64,000 bases of DNA from Minisyncoccota bacterium. Its GTDB lineage: Bacteria; Patescibacteriota; Minisyncoccia; Phycocordibacterales; CAIZLB01. Position numbers and translations under genes: made by a program. Of the stretch, positions 30,641 through 41,442 are shown one piece after another. How positions within the stretch are numbered: position 1 is the stretch's first letter; the number at the start of each line of letters is the position of its first letter. The stretch lies in the NCBI GenBank assembly GCA_021734945.1, contig JAIPIA010000002.1, positions 45,594-109,593 on the forward strand. The letters run 5' to 3'. The notes beneath the pieces were generated by a model. The model was not told the origin of the DNA, ran no database searches, and saw only the letters and a program-made list of their open reading frames with translations.

Positions 30641-30853
30641 ATATTTTGCTATTTATTTCTTTAATTACTCTTAAAGTATACATATTTGAAACAAATTTGC
30701 AAGTTTTTTACATATTTTAATTATTTAACATTATCCAAAACTCTCATTTAACATCGATTCCATTTGACCCTTATAAAATAAGGATTAAATAGAATTATGT
30801 AAAAATATTATCTATCACGACTCCAATATCAATTAATATCAGATAGTATTAGA

Positions 30854-32431
30854 TTACAACTCAATCCCCACCTTCGCCAGCTGCTTCTTTATTTCCTCAT
30901 TCAACCTCACCTCCTCAGCCATCTGTTCCTTGAGCTCTGCTGTCAATTTTGCCATCTTTTCTTCAAATGGAACACCATCGTCTATAGCATCTGTGATACC
31001 AACGTATCGTCCCGGAGTAAGCACATAGTTATGCTTTTGAATATCAGCTATTGTTGCAGATTTTGAAAACCCTTTTTTGTCTTCATAGGCACCACCTGTT
31101 CGCCATTCGTGATATACCTTTGCAATCATTGCCACATCATTATCTTCAGGATCAATTGAGCCATCAGAAAATTCTCGATGTGTTCTGTCAGCCATAAATC
31201 CAACTTCTGATGCATCAATAAACAACACCTCATCTGCTTTTTTACGATCAGTGTTTCCTACTCTCTTTCTTGATAAAAACCAAATACACGCTGGAATACC
31301 CGTATTGTAAAAAAGTTGTTTTGGAAGCATTACAATACAATCAACAAGATTTGCATCGACAAGCGCTTTTCGAATATCCCCTTCTCCACTTGATTGTGAT
31401 GAAAGTGAACCATTTGCAAGTACTGTTGCCATTATACCGTTTGGCGACAAGTGATACAGCATGTGCTGAATCCATGCAAAGTTAGCATTACCTGTTGGCG
31501 GTTTACCATATTTCCATCGAGGATCATTTTGTAGTAGTTCACCACTCCAATCAGAGATGTTGAATGGTGGATTCGCGAGGATATAGTCCGCTTTTAGATC
31601 TTTGTGTTCATCTTTAAGAAACGATCCTTCTGTATTCCATTTAATACCTGTACCATCAATTCCTCGAATCGCCATATTCATACGTGCAAGTCGGTATGTC
31701 GTCTGATTACTTTCTTGTCCATACACCGCAATATCATCTACACGACCAGAATGTGCTGTAACGAATTTTTCAGACATAATAAACATTCCTCCAGAACCAC
31801 AGCACGGGTCATAGATTCGCCCTTTGTACGGTTCAATCATTTCTACCATCAGTTTTACAATTGATTTCGGAGTATAGAACTGTCCTCCTTTTTTACCTTC
31901 TGCATTTGCAAATTCTCCTAAGAAATATTCATATACACGACCAAGTAAATCTTTTGCTTTTGAAGCAGTATCGCCAAGTGAAATATTGCCGATCAAATCG
32001 ATCAATCCACCAAGAGAATTTTTATCAAGATTTGGTCGAGCAAATACTTTTGGAAGGATCCCCTTAAGCTCTGGGTTTAGTTTTTCGATATGTTCCATCG
32101 CCATGTCGAGATCTTCACCAATAGTAGGAAGTTTGGCTCGTCCATGGAGATAGCTCCATCGTGCCTCCTTTGGTACATAAAACACATGTTCAGCACGATA
32201 TTCATCAATGTCTTCAGGATTAGCCCCTTGTGATTTTTGATCTGAAAGTTTCTGATAGAGTTCCTCAAATGAATCTGATATGTATTTTAAAAATACAAGA
32301 CCAAGAGCTACATTTTTATATTCTGCAGCATCAATGTTTTTACGTAATTTATCAGCAGCTTTAAAAAGCTGTTTTTCGAAGGGTTCTGTTTTGTTTCCAA
32401 CTGTTTTACCCCCGGCCGGACGATCTTTCAT
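30854..32431 (-). CDS. hsdM: Type I restriction-modification N6-adenine DNA methyltransferase subunit
   Basis: HsdM N-terminal domain. AdoMet motif DPCCGSGGM. Catalytic LANPPFN. Confidence 0.95.
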   Translation of the reverse strand: MKDRPAGGKTVGNKTEPFEKQLFKAADKLRKNIDAAEYKNVALGLVFLKYISDSFEELYQKLSDQKSQGANPEDIDEYRAEHVFYVPKEARWSYLHGRAKLPTIGEDLDMAMEHIEKLNPELKGILPKVFARPNLDKNSLGGLIDLIGNISLGDTASKAKDLLGRVYEYFLGEFANAEGKKGGQFYTPKSIVKLMVEMIEPYKGRIYDPCCGSGGMFIMSEKFVTAHSGRVDDIAVYGQESNQTTYRLARMNMAIRGIDGTGIKWNTEGSFLKDEHKDLKADYILANPPFNISDWSGELLQNDPRWKYGKPPTGNANFAWIQHMLYHLSPNGIMATVLANGSLSSQSSGEGDIRKALVDANLVDCIVMLPKQLFYNTGIPACIWFLSRKRVGNTDRKKADEVLFIDASEVGFMADRTHREFSDGSIDPEDNDVAMIAKVYHEWRTGGAYEDKKGFSKSATIADIQKHNYVLTPGRYVGITDAIDDGVPFEEKMAKLTAELKEQMAEEVRLNEEIKKQLAKVGIEL

Positions 32432-32479
32432 ATTGCTACCATGGTAACATTTTTTGAGGCAAAGATGAATCTACAACCC

Positions 32480-33031
32480 CTACACCTCAAACTCATGTAT
32501 CGAAACATTCCCGAAGCCCTTAATCTTGTGGTCTGGATACAAAGCATACAGCGTTCGCAGTACTCCACCATGTGTCACAACGAGCGGCCGCGAGTTACTG
32601 TGATTCGTAGTCAAATGATTGATAAAATCTTGAATTCGAGCTCGAGTTTCTTCTTCAGTTTCACCTCCATAAGGACTAAAGTCAAATCCTGTAGAAGTAT
32701 TCCAAATTGAATGATTTAGGCCTCCTTCAGTTATTTGATTCACTTCGTCCCATGTTTTATTTGAAAGTGCCCCGAATTCCCTTTCTAAAACTCCATCATG
32801 ATGGGATACAGACAAATCTCTCAATTTTGCAAATTCACGAGCAGTTTGTGAAGCTCTTTTAAGTGGTGATGCGAATACCATATCGTATTCAAGATTAGGG
32901 AAATTAGAAGAAGCAACTCGGACCACTTCAGATAGACCCTCTTCACTGAGTGGTTCATCATTAGAGCGACTCATTATTCGACCAAGCTTATTAGACGCAG
33001 TGGCGCCATGTCGTACAAATATAATTTTCAT
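32480..33031 (-). CDS. Histidine phosphatase (phosphoglycerate mutase-like) family protein
   Basis: IIFVRHGATASN RHG motif. Second His in VVTHGGVLR. Confidence 0.8.
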   Translation of the reverse strand: MKIIFVRHGATASNKLGRIMSRSNDEPLSEEGLSEVVRVASSNFPNLEYDMVFASPLKRASQTAREFAKLRDLSVSHHDGVLEREFGALSNKTWDEVNQITEGGLNHSIWNTSTGFDFSPYGGETEEETRARIQDFINHLTTNHSNSRPLVVTHGGVLRTLYALYPDHKIKGFGNVSIHEFEV

Positions 33032-33206
33032 GTAGTCGCTATTATATCAAAAATATTTTTAATTCTAAAAGACCCTCACCCTCTTTTAACGCATCGTGTG
33101 CCCCCAAACAAAAAACCCCGGCGAACCGAGGCTCTTTGTGGAGAGTAGGGTTCGTCGAGGCGGATATAGTGTATTGGAGACAATCGGATGACAACGATCA
33201 AATAGA

Positions 33207-33572
33207 TTATTCTTCTTTGATCAAATCACTGAGCGTACCTTCTGACAACATTGATCCTTCCGCTGAAATGCCATAACCGCAACGCAAAACGTACGAAAAC
33301 GCAGCGGCAAGACAGGCAGGATTTACACATGACCTAATTTCAAACATAACACGATCTAACCTACCGTCTTTAACAACAAACACTGCCAAGTTCGTCCGGC
33401 AATTAAAACAATTAATTGGCAGATTTCCATCCTTCGGCATATCCACGATTCGAATATCAATTCCCTTAGCAGTTTCCCGATCATTCATGAATCCATACAT
33501 ATAAAAAGAGAGGTTGAAGTTGATGTGACGGTTATAGTTAGCAAAATGCCAAATTAGAGCATTTACCAACAC
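33207..33572 (-). CDS. Hypothetical protein
   Basis: 121-aa ORF, Cys-containing, no motif recognised. Confidence 0.3.
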   Translation of the reverse strand: MLVNALIWHFANYNRHINFNLSFYMYGFMNDRETAKGIDIRIVDMPKDGNLPINCFNCRTNLAVFVVKDGRLDRVMFEIRSCVNPACLAAAFSYVLRCGYGISAEGSMLSEGTLSDLIKEE

Positions 33573-33681
33573 TTAGATTTCAAAAGCAGCTATTAAGCCA
33601 CAAACTGTATTTAGTCAGTATCCTAGCACAAGGCACGTTCTAGTAAAGCCTTAAAATATAAACCTCAAACCCACACACTCC

Positions 33682-34461
33682 TTACTGCTCCTCTTCTTTT
33701 TCCTTCAAATGTTTCGCATATTTTCTAAGATCCTCGCCTTGATCAATATAACTTTGTCGTTTTAGCCGCATTGCAATATCCTCCATTTCCTCAGGAGAGA
33801 GAAGATTAATTTCAGCTTGTTCAGAATGAGCATGATATCTCAAAAACTCACGGGCAAAATTTTTATATACATCTAAATCATACGCCTCAAGTATTTTTCT
33901 TGAAATATCTCTAAAGACTTCAGGTGACTCAGGCATCACATGACTATGAATCATCTTATAGAGAAGTGAGAGAGAATTTTCATCATTACGCTGAATATGA
34001 TTCCCGAGTGATCGGTATAATGAATTAAAAAAACCTTCTGGTATATTTCCCATATATTTGATACGAGAGAATAATGCACCAAATGTTTGCATCATACCTT
34101 CTGCGATATGATCATCTGCATGATATTTCCTGAGCATTAATTTATATTCTTCATCACTCATGTCTGGACGCTCATGCATAGAAGGAGGTTCAACAGGTTC
34201 ATATCCAGGAGTTTTAAAATAACCAATTTCACCCAACTTTTCTACACAATCAATAACAGCTTCATAATCTTCCATATCAAGTTCTTGACGGATAGTACCT
34301 CCATTTTGGGCTGCCTCAGCTGCAGCGTATATCTTTGTTTTAAGATTAGCTGCTATTTCTTCTAGTTTATCGTTCAATAATGTTCTCTCAAACAGATTCG
34401 GATCTTGCGAAAGCGATTCCGGTGTACCAATTTGTGGATATGATAATGCTTCTGGATTCAT
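33682..34461 (-). CDS. Hypothetical protein
   Basis: 259-aa acidic ORF with good coding statistics. No motif recognised. Confidence 0.4.
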   Translation of the reverse strand: MNPEALSYPQIGTPESLSQDPNLFERTLLNDKLEEIAANLKTKIYAAAEAAQNGGTIRQELDMEDYEAVIDCVEKLGEIGYFKTPGYEPVEPPSMHERPDMSDEEYKLMLRKYHADDHIAEGMMQTFGALFSRIKYMGNIPEGFFNSLYRSLGNHIQRNDENSLSLLYKMIHSHVMPESPEVFRDISRKILEAYDLDVYKNFAREFLRYHAHSEQAEINLLSPEEMEDIAMRLKRQSYIDQGEDLRKYAKHLKEKEEEQ

Positions 34462-34513
34462 GGTTTCTTTTTTTATTTACAAGATTTGTTTTATTTAACC
34501 TCATTTTATTGGA

Positions 34514-34930
34514 TTAAATAGTATTAAGGAATTTTCGCAGTATATCAGCAACATCATTAATAGTACTATATTCAGCAACTTTTATGTACGCATTACCTAC
34601 CAACATAGCCGATAGCTTCTTTTCAGCCGTTGTTCTTCTAAGACACAGTACTGATTTATTCATACTCTGTGCTTGCCCTATTTCATACCCAACACCGAGA
34701 CTTGGAGTACTCACTTCCGCAACCACAACATCTGATTCTCGTACCCACTGCATATCACGCTCGTATATATAGGAATCGCTAACTATTGTCTCACCTACAT
34801 TTGAAAGTGACTTATCACCGATATGTTCAGTCAGTACAGTGCCAAAATTGCTGAGTATTTTAATAAACTCTAGGTACAGTTCTTGATCTTCACGCCCTCC
34901 CCTTATTGATCCTGCAAAGTAAATTTTCAT
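34514..34930 (-). CDS. 2'-deoxynucleoside 5'-phosphate N-hydrolase / nucleoside 2-deoxyribosyltransferase-like protein (DNPH1/Rcl family)
   Basis: MKIYFAGSIRGGREDQELYLEFIKILSNFGTVLTEH closely follows the DNPH1 N-terminal consensus. Confidence 0.7.
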   Translation of the reverse strand: MKIYFAGSIRGGREDQELYLEFIKILSNFGTVLTEHIGDKSLSNVGETIVSDSYIYERDMQWVRESDVVVAEVSTPSLGVGYEIGQAQSMNKSVLCLRRTTAEKKLSAMLVGNAYIKVAEYSTINDVADILRKFLNTI

Positions 34931-34992
34931 AAATTTGATTATTTAATTAGTTTGATGATTGATGCGTTAGTGTTATACCTTCCTCGCAATTT

Positions 34993-35625
34993 TTATTGCA
35001 CCATTTTTCTCTTCGCACAAAAACATTCTTTCTCATGATCATTCACCATACCTATAGCCTGCATGTATGCAAAACAAATAGTTGCACCAACGAATTTAAA
35101 ACCACGTTTCAACAAATCCTTACTCATCACTGCACTTATCGCAATAGCTTCGTAACGACGTGTATGAGAAATAATTTTTCCATTTGAAAAACTCCAGATA
35201 TAGGCATCGAAGGCTCCGCTAAAACTGTTGAGATCATCCTCGTTTTTGCTCGCCATTTTATTTACCTTAGCAGCCGCTTTCTGTGCCGCAAGAATAGTCA
35301 AATACGCTTTTGCATTTCCTACAACTGCTTTTATTTTCAAACGATTTCGAATAATCCCGTCATTGTTCATAAGCTCTGCCTGCATCTCCTCTGTAAACTT
35401 CACTAACTTTTTTGCATCAAAGTTTTTGAAAGCTTTGCGATACGCATCCCTCTTTTTCAAAACCGTGAGCCAACTGAGACCTGCTTGAGCACCCTCAAGA
35501 TTGAGCATTTCGAAAAGCATTTGATCATCGTGAACGGGCACTCCCCATTCTTCATCATGGTACGTTGTGAGAAGCTCATGCGTATCAGCCCAAGGACAGC
35601 GTTTTTTTGTGAGAGGTTTTTTCAT
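34993..35625 (-). CDS. tag: DNA-3-methyladenine glycosylase I
   Basis: RCPWA ... YHDEEWGVP ... LEGAQAGLSW motifs and C-terminal Cys/His cluster. Confidence 0.8.
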   Translation of the reverse strand: MKKPLTKKRCPWADTHELLTTYHDEEWGVPVHDDQMLFEMLNLEGAQAGLSWLTVLKKRDAYRKAFKNFDAKKLVKFTEEMQAELMNNDGIIRNRLKIKAVVGNAKAYLTILAAQKAAAKVNKMASKNEDDLNSFSGAFDAYIWSFSNGKIISHTRRYEAIAISAVMSKDLLKRGFKFVGATICFAYMQAIGMVNDHEKECFCAKRKMVQ

Positions 35626-35676
35626 AGCTTAGATTAAAATCAGAACGACATGCTCTATAGTATACCTCTCAGTTTA

Positions 35677-36996
35677 CTATAGATTTGCAACTGCACGACT
35701 CATTGGACCAAAGAAACCACTTGCCGGCAAACTATGAGTACGTTGGAATTTCATAACTGCTGCTTTTGTAGCTCTTCCAAAATACCCATTAGGAGTAGCT
35801 GCTAAAAATCCTTGTGCAGCAAGCAACCTCTGCAACATTAGAACATCAGGATTCTCATCTTTATATCTCATATCTCTTAGGAATGCTTTTTGATTAACAG
35901 ATGTCTCATTTGTTGAAATATATGGATTTACAGTCGAAGTTGCAGAGCTTATAACTGGAGTACTGGAACTTGAAAACCCGACGGTAGCTCCAACAACAGC
36001 AATAGTAGATGTAGAAGTTGTAGCAACAACTAATATAGGAGATGTTGTTGAAGAGACTAGTACACTTATTGGAGTACTTAAAGGTAAGCCACTCGAATCA
36101 ACTCTTGTTACAGCAGGAAGCAATTCTGGATCAATACTATATATTGTTTCTTCACCACATTTTTTTGAATATGTAATTCTACCTCTTTTTTCCAAAACAG
36201 TACTACACCCATTAAACTCTTCTGGCACTCCTGGACCGGCTCCACCATCAGCAATAGTTAGAATTTCCTCTGGAGTAAGTGAGCGATTATACAATCGTGC
36301 TTCATCAATATATCCATGGAAATACCTACCTATAGCATCTCTACCAATAAATAGATTGTAACTTGTAACTGCCCCAACACCGATGTTAGCAGTACCTGCA
36401 GCAACACCATTAATATAAAAACTTGTAACACCTGACTCGATAGTAAAGTTTACGAGTGTCCACTCATTTGGTTGAACAGTAGTACCAGTACTGTATCCGG
36501 CCGAACTACCATTCCAAAGACCTAAGCGTCCATCACCCTTTAGGATAAGTCGATAATTTGGAGTATCACCGCCAGGCGCGTTACTCTTATCAAAAATAAC
36601 ATTGTCTTCCGCGCTTGTTCCATCCCAGTAAATCCAAGCCATCGCAGTGAGAGAAGAACTAATATCAAGAGAATTATTATCAGGAACACTCACACCTGTT
36701 CCACTCGTACCATCAAAAAGTAAACTGTATGGATTTGATGCTGAAATAGGGGCAACCCGTACATTACTATACGTAACGCCACTTCCAGTCAGAGTACCGT
36801 TGTTACCGTAGGCACTACTATCTGTAGCTGTCGTACCAGTACCCTCATTAAATTTCCAATATCCAACCAAATCTTCTGCCGCACGTACTTTCTGAGCTGG
36901 GAGAACGAAACCGATAGCTAAACTTATAATAAGAATCGAGGGTAAAAATTTTACCATCCACACCACATGTATTTTTAAAAAATTCATAATTATCAA
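35677..36996 (-). CDS. Secreted LamG/concanavalin-like domain protein with C-terminal PG_binding_1 domain
   Basis: Signal/TM at the N-terminus. LamG-like block (YFHGYIDEARLYNRSLTPEEI). C-terminal peptidoglycan-binding repeat (LQRLLAAQGFL...GYFGRATKAAVMKFQ). Confidence 0.65.
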   Translation of the reverse strand: MIIMNFLKIHVVWMVKFLPSILIISLAIGFVLPAQKVRAAEDLVGYWKFNEGTGTTATDSSAYGNNGTLTGSGVTYSNVRVAPISASNPYSLLFDGTSGTGVSVPDNNSLDISSSLTAMAWIYWDGTSAEDNVIFDKSNAPGGDTPNYRLILKGDGRLGLWNGSSAGYSTGTTVQPNEWTLVNFTIESGVTSFYINGVAAGTANIGVGAVTSYNLFIGRDAIGRYFHGYIDEARLYNRSLTPEEILTIADGGAGPGVPEEFNGCSTVLEKRGRITYSKKCGEETIYSIDPELLPAVTRVDSSGLPLSTPISVLVSSTTSPILVVATTSTSTIAVVGATVGFSSSSTPVISSATSTVNPYISTNETSVNQKAFLRDMRYKDENPDVLMLQRLLAAQGFLAATPNGYFGRATKAAVMKFQRTHSLPASGFFGPMSRAVANL

Positions 36997-37109
36997 AATT
37001 ATATCAATATAAAATCAAACAAACAAACACAGACTGTTTATAGTCTGTGTTTGTGGTATCTATTTAAATTCCTTCAGAAATTTTACTTAATTTTTCTGTC
37101 GAATTTTTA

Positions 37110-37616
37110 CTACTGCTGCGCGTACCACGCCTTCTGCCAAGCTTTCATCTGTGCAATCTCTTTTGTCTGTGCAGAGATAATTCCCTGTGCAAGGTCTTTG
37201 AGTTCCTGATGTTTAGATGTACTTACAACAAAGTTAGCCATATCTATAGCACCCTGGTGGTGAACAATCATTTCAGAAAGAAAAGCCTGATCAAGTGTAT
37301 CTCCAGTCTTACCCTGAAGACCTGCGTTCATACTTGTCATCATGTCAGCCATATTCATACTTCCACCGTTACCCATCATTTGGCCACTTGGCATCATGTG
37401 AGCACCTGCCTGACCACCTCTACTACCTGCACCATTTTCTCCGTTCATCATTTTGTTTGAATTGCCGTATTGCGCGTATTGAGCAGAATCTCCACGATTA
37501 CTTCTTTCCATTCCAAATCGTCCACTTCTATCTCCTCTGCCTCCAACAGCTGCACCAATAACAAGTCCGATAATGAGAATACCTACTCCAAAAGCTATCA
37601 TTTTCTTTTTTTCCAT
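37110..37616 (-). CDS. DUF305 (ferritin-like) domain protein with N-terminal TM and Gly/Met-rich region
   Basis: FLSEMIVHHQGAIDMA and ISAQTKEIAQMKAW blocks of DUF305. Met-rich low-complexity segment upstream. Confidence 0.6.
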   Translation of the reverse strand: MEKKKMIAFGVGILIIGLVIGAAVGGRGDRSGRFGMERSNRGDSAQYAQYGNSNKMMNGENGAGSRGGQAGAHMMPSGQMMGNGGSMNMADMMTSMNAGLQGKTGDTLDQAFLSEMIVHHQGAIDMANFVVSTSKHQELKDLAQGIISAQTKEIAQMKAWQKAWYAQQ

Positions 37617-37737
37617 ATATTTATTTAAATATTATTTGCACAATTTAGTATACACCTAATATATATGAGCGGAGATGAAGGAATTATGAAGGAATTTTGA
37701 GAACACTATGCTACGAAATTTGTCTTTTTAAAACTAC

Positions 37738-38079
37738 TTAACTTGCGAGTTTACCGCCCCACTTTTTTACTTTTGCTTCTACTGTTACTGATTTTACTAG
37801 ACTATGAGATGCTTCTTTTTCTTCAGCAGTCATTGATTGATCACGTATTGCAAGCGCCTGAATTGCTTTGTTTACAACACGAGCGTCTATAGGTGGCATG
37901 AACTTTGCAATCTCTTTTACAGGAGCATCGGGGTGGAATTTAATAAAATCATGAAGCTCAATAAGCGCCTCTACTTCACGCGCAAGTTTCTGCTCTTCAG
38001 CAAGGTCTATAACCTGTGCTGCACCTCCGTGAGCATTTGAGTGGAATGGATTTTCAATTGATGGGATGATGCGGTTCAT
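37738..38079 (-). CDS. Hypothetical protein
   Basis: 113-aa ORF. Confidence 0.3.
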   Translation of the reverse strand: MNRIIPSIENPFHSNAHGGAAQVIDLAEEQKLAREVEALIELHDFIKFHPDAPVKEIAKFMPPIDARVVNKAIQALAIRDQSMTAEEKEASHSLVKSVTVEAKVKKWGGKLAS

Positions 38080-38206
38080 AAAAAGTGGGTGTTTGGCTAT
38101 AAATTAGTTTTGATTATGAGTTAGTATATCAAAAGTTCTCTTTCTTTGAGTAGTGCCTCAAATATCCAACGTGTATCCTTTAGATACTCGATACACACAC
38201 TTTGTT

Positions 38207-38719
38207 CTATTTTACTTCTTCGTAGAACTTAACCACTTTGTACTCCTTCCAAATAAAGTACATAACCACTAAATCAAAAATCGTAAGAGCAACTATAAAT
38301 GGAGAATGGTCTGCAGCTATCTGATAAAACTGATACGACACAAACATACCTAATATAACAAGTGATGTTGGGTATGCCCACAGCTGATTTTTAAGAAGGC
38401 CTACAATGAGGAATATTTTTACTAAGCCTCTACTTAAAAGGTACACAGCGATAAATACACTACCCGCAGTAACAAGCTGATCTGTAGCTGGACCGACGAT
38501 AGATATAAAATGAGTTGCGATAAAATCCCCCGGCTCCTCCACGAGCTCTTTCTCTGCAATTTGTAGAAAAAAGTTTCCAACAGAGGCAACAGGTACAATC
38601 AATACAAGAGTACCAACCACAACTTCAGCAAGAGAAATAGCACCTTTTATAAAAATACTCCAAAAGAAATATGTACGAATATTTTGTTCTTCTTTTTTTG
38701 TGAGGTGGTGTTGATTCAT
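38207..38719 (-). CDS. Membrane protein (possibly DUF2127-like)
   Basis: 170 aa with 4 predicted TM helices. Family guess is weak. Confidence 0.4.
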   Translation of the reverse strand: MNQHHLTKKEEQNIRTYFFWSIFIKGAISLAEVVVGTLVLIVPVASVGNFFLQIAEKELVEEPGDFIATHFISIVGPATDQLVTAGSVFIAVYLLSRGLVKIFLIVGLLKNQLWAYPTSLVILGMFVSYQFYQIAADHSPFIVALTIFDLVVMYFIWKEYKVVKFYEEVK

Positions 38720-38733
38720 ATTTTATTTATATA

Positions 38734-39495
38734 TTAGACGACAACTTTCTCAAACACCGTAATCAACCTCAGCGAAGTAGTTTTATCATACACACTATGT
38801 ACATCATAGTCTCCGAAAGTATTTTTAAGTTTCCATTCAGGACCTAGATACTGTTCTAACTGCTCGATTGTAAGATACTGTTCTGACTCACCATCATCAA
38901 TAAGTTCCATTAGTCCTGTTTCTTTGTTTAATACTTCATATACATATGTCGTAGTCTTGAGATTATTCTCATTTAAATTCCAATTACGAGTAATTTTCAT
39001 TTTATGAGTATCGTCTTCACCTTCATAGACCTTAGAGAAGCTTTGAGAATATCTGTAAAAATTTGCCTGATCGAGAATAATAATATTATTGATGTGAGTG
39101 CTTAGCTGTTTATAAAAATCTTGCTGCTTATCTGTATCTAAAATATATGACAACGTAGACCACATACATACTCCAACATCATAGTTTTTATCCAAATCAA
39201 TATTTTCAAATGAACTGTGAATCGTCTTAATGTTTAGATATGTTTCTTTAACAATCTTGAGAGCTGATTCAGACTGATCAAGCAACGTAACATCAAATCC
39301 ATGTGCACTAAGTAGCTTTGAATGAGTACCGACTCCCCCTCCTAAATCAATAATTGTCTCAGTTTTTTTATTTGATGACTTCAATACATCTAGCAAGAAG
39401 TTAAATTCTCTTTCCTCACTTCCTTTTATACCCAAACATGTATCACGCCAAAGTTTATAGAGATACGCGTGACTTTCAAATATTCTAGTACTCAT
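38734..39495 (-). CDS. Class I SAM-dependent methyltransferase
   Basis: Motif I IIDLGGGVGTHS, acidic motif II. Confidence 0.7.
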   Translation of the reverse strand: MSTRIFESHAYLYKLWRDTCLGIKGSEEREFNFLLDVLKSSNKKTETIIDLGGGVGTHSKLLSAHGFDVTLLDQSESALKIVKETYLNIKTIHSSFENIDLDKNYDVGVCMWSTLSYILDTDKQQDFYKQLSTHINNIIILDQANFYRYSQSFSKVYEGEDDTHKMKITRNWNLNENNLKTTTYVYEVLNKETGLMELIDDGESEQYLTIEQLEQYLGPEWKLKNTFGDYDVHSVYDKTTSLRLITVFEKVVV

Positions 39496-40489
39496 AATTT
39501 GCAGTTTTTAAAAGATTGATAAATTTTTGGACATGTTCCGTTGTGCCAATTGTCACCCTCATCATTCCACTATCGATAATCTTTGCAATGACTGCATCCT
39601 CATCTGAAAGAGTTTCTTCTACTTGCTTCTGATATTTTGCATCAAATGAAACAAGGACAAAATTTGATTTAGATCTATAAGGAGTAAAATACTTTGAACC
39701 AGAAAGCTCACTTATGAGCATATCTCTGTCTTTTGAAATAGTTTCCGCAATATTTTTGTAATAATCTTCCGAGTTTAAAGCTGCTACAGCAACTTCTTCG
39801 AGAATACGACTAAAACCTAAATACTGATGTTGCCAATTTAAATACTCGAGTACTAGGATACCGCAAATACCAAAACCAATACGTAATCCAGCCAATCCAT
39901 AGAGTTTAGAGAAACTTCGAAGCAGCATTAGGTTTGGATATTTTGAAACGAGAGATACAAAGCCAACCTGATTATATTCATTATCAAAACCCCAATAAGC
40001 CTCATCTAGAACTACTATAGTTTTACTCTCAATATTTTTTAAAATTTCTTCGAGCTCTGCAACAGTGAGAGTATTACCAGTAGGGTTATTAGGTGAAGCT
40101 AAAAGTATCAACTTTGGAGAATATTTTTTATATTCACTTAAAATTAAATCTGTAGCATATGAATATTCTCCGTTTACAATTTGAAAATCGAATGAGTGGA
40201 CACTATTTCCTCGGGTGTCCAGATATTTTTTATAAAATGTATAAGAAGGATTTGGAATTAAAACGGAGTCATCTTCACTAAGCTTCTCAAAGAGAATTTT
40301 AAGCAAGTCCTCCCCTCCATTTCCAAGTATGATTTGATTCTCTGGAAAGTTAAATTTATCAGACAATCTCTTTCTCAGGAGCGAATTAAAATAACCATCA
40401 GCATACTGATTTACATGCTCAAGTTCAAAGTTTTGCAGCACTTCGAGACATTCTAGCGATGGACCATAGAGTTGTTCGTTTCGATTCAT
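39485..40489 (-). CDS. Class I/II PLP-dependent aminotransferase (HisC-like)
   Basis: SFSKLYGLAGLRIGFG lysine-containing PLP motif. About 334 aa. Confidence 0.8.
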   Translation of the reverse strand: MNRNEQLYGPSLECLEVLQNFELEHVNQYADGYFNSLLRKRLSDKFNFPENQIILGNGGEDLLKILFEKLSEDDSVLIPNPSYTFYKKYLDTRGNSVHSFDFQIVNGEYSYATDLILSEYKKYSPKLILLASPNNPTGNTLTVAELEEILKNIESKTIVVLDEAYWGFDNEYNQVGFVSLVSKYPNLMLLRSFSKLYGLAGLRIGFGICGILVLEYLNWQHQYLGFSRILEEVAVAALNSEDYYKNIAETISKDRDMLISELSGSKYFTPYRSKSNFVLVSFDAKYQKQVEETLSDEDAVIAKIIDSGMMRVTIGTTEHVQKFINLLKTANYEY

Positions 40490-40540
40490 TAGTGCAATTT
40501 ATAACACGATTTCCCTAGTCTTTCAATACCGACATATCTT

Positions 40541-41314
40541 CTAATTATTTAATATCTGCAACATTTCAGAGTGATTAACTCCCAGAGTTGCAACACATTC
40601 TGGATTGAATACATCAAATTCTTCCCCTTTGAAATTTGTCACTGTACCTCCAGCTTCTTGAACAAGAAGACTTCCTGCCGCTAGATCCCAAGGTTTATCA
40701 ACTCTATCTATCACAATATTGGCCCGACCAAGTGCAAGGTAGACCATACTCGTACAAGCTGAATTGATTATTCGAATGCTTGTAGATGCAGAGGCGTTTT
40801 TAAATTTTTCCAAAATAGCTAAATCAGTTTTATCCAAATAAGTTTCAAACAGCATCGACGTTTGTGAATTTTGATATGTCTCTGAATTCCGTTCAACTTT
40901 TTTGCCATTCACAAAAAGCCCCTCTCCTTTTATCGCTGATAAAGTTATATTTTCAAACGGAAGATTAATTACACCAAGCAGAACTTTGCCGTTTTGCACG
41001 AGAGCAATTTGCACAGCAAAAAATGGAATCTTCTTAGAATAATTTGTAGTGCCATCCAGGGGATCAACTATCCACATGTATTCTGACTTATCAATTTTAG
41101 ATAAACCACTCTCTTCACTGAGAATAGAATAGTCAGGTGTTTCACTCTTTAAAATATCAAGAATTATTTTCTCACTTTCAAGATCTACCTTAGTAACAAT
41201 ACTTTTATCCAATTTAAATTGAATATCATTATCAGCACCATACTGTTCCATTATTATCTTAGAACTTTTAGATGCAGCGTCTTCGGCAATTTTTAGGAGA
41301 GTTTGGAGGTTCAT
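40541..41314 (-). CDS. Inositol monophosphatase family protein
   Basis: WIVDPLDGTTNY metal-binding motif. WDLAAG C-terminal motif. Confidence 0.85.
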   Translation of the reverse strand: MNLQTLLKIAEDAASKSSKIIMEQYGADNDIQFKLDKSIVTKVDLESEKIILDILKSETPDYSILSEESGLSKIDKSEYMWIVDPLDGTTNYSKKIPFFAVQIALVQNGKVLLGVINLPFENITLSAIKGEGLFVNGKKVERNSETYQNSQTSMLFETYLDKTDLAILEKFKNASASTSIRIINSACTSMVYLALGRANIVIDRVDKPWDLAAGSLLVQEAGGTVTNFKGEEFDVFNPECVATLGVNHSEMLQILNN

Positions 41315-41341
41315 AATGCAAGCATTTTAGCATAGGGTAAA

Positions 41342-41395
41342 CAAAAAGCCCCGAGTCACACCGGAGCTTAATGCTCGAGTGTGCCGGAGCACTCT
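41342..41395 (-). terminator. GC-rich imperfect hairpin followed, on the minus strand, by CTTTTTGTTT
   Basis: CACACCGGAGC ... GCTCGAGTGTG pairing, T-run on the minus strand. Downstream of the 41443..42138 gene. Confidence 0.45.
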
Positions 41396-41442
41396 CTCCT
41401 AACATATACCGACGACCAGAATCAGGTCTTCAGTTGGACCCT

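Noticed and set aside
33100-33160. GGCGAACCGAGGC / GGGTTCGTCGAGGC motif pair (tRNA-like GGTTCG)
   Set aside because: Forms only an imperfect hairpin followed by a T-run on the minus strand. Interpreted as a weak terminator for the 33207..33572 gene, not an RNA gene.
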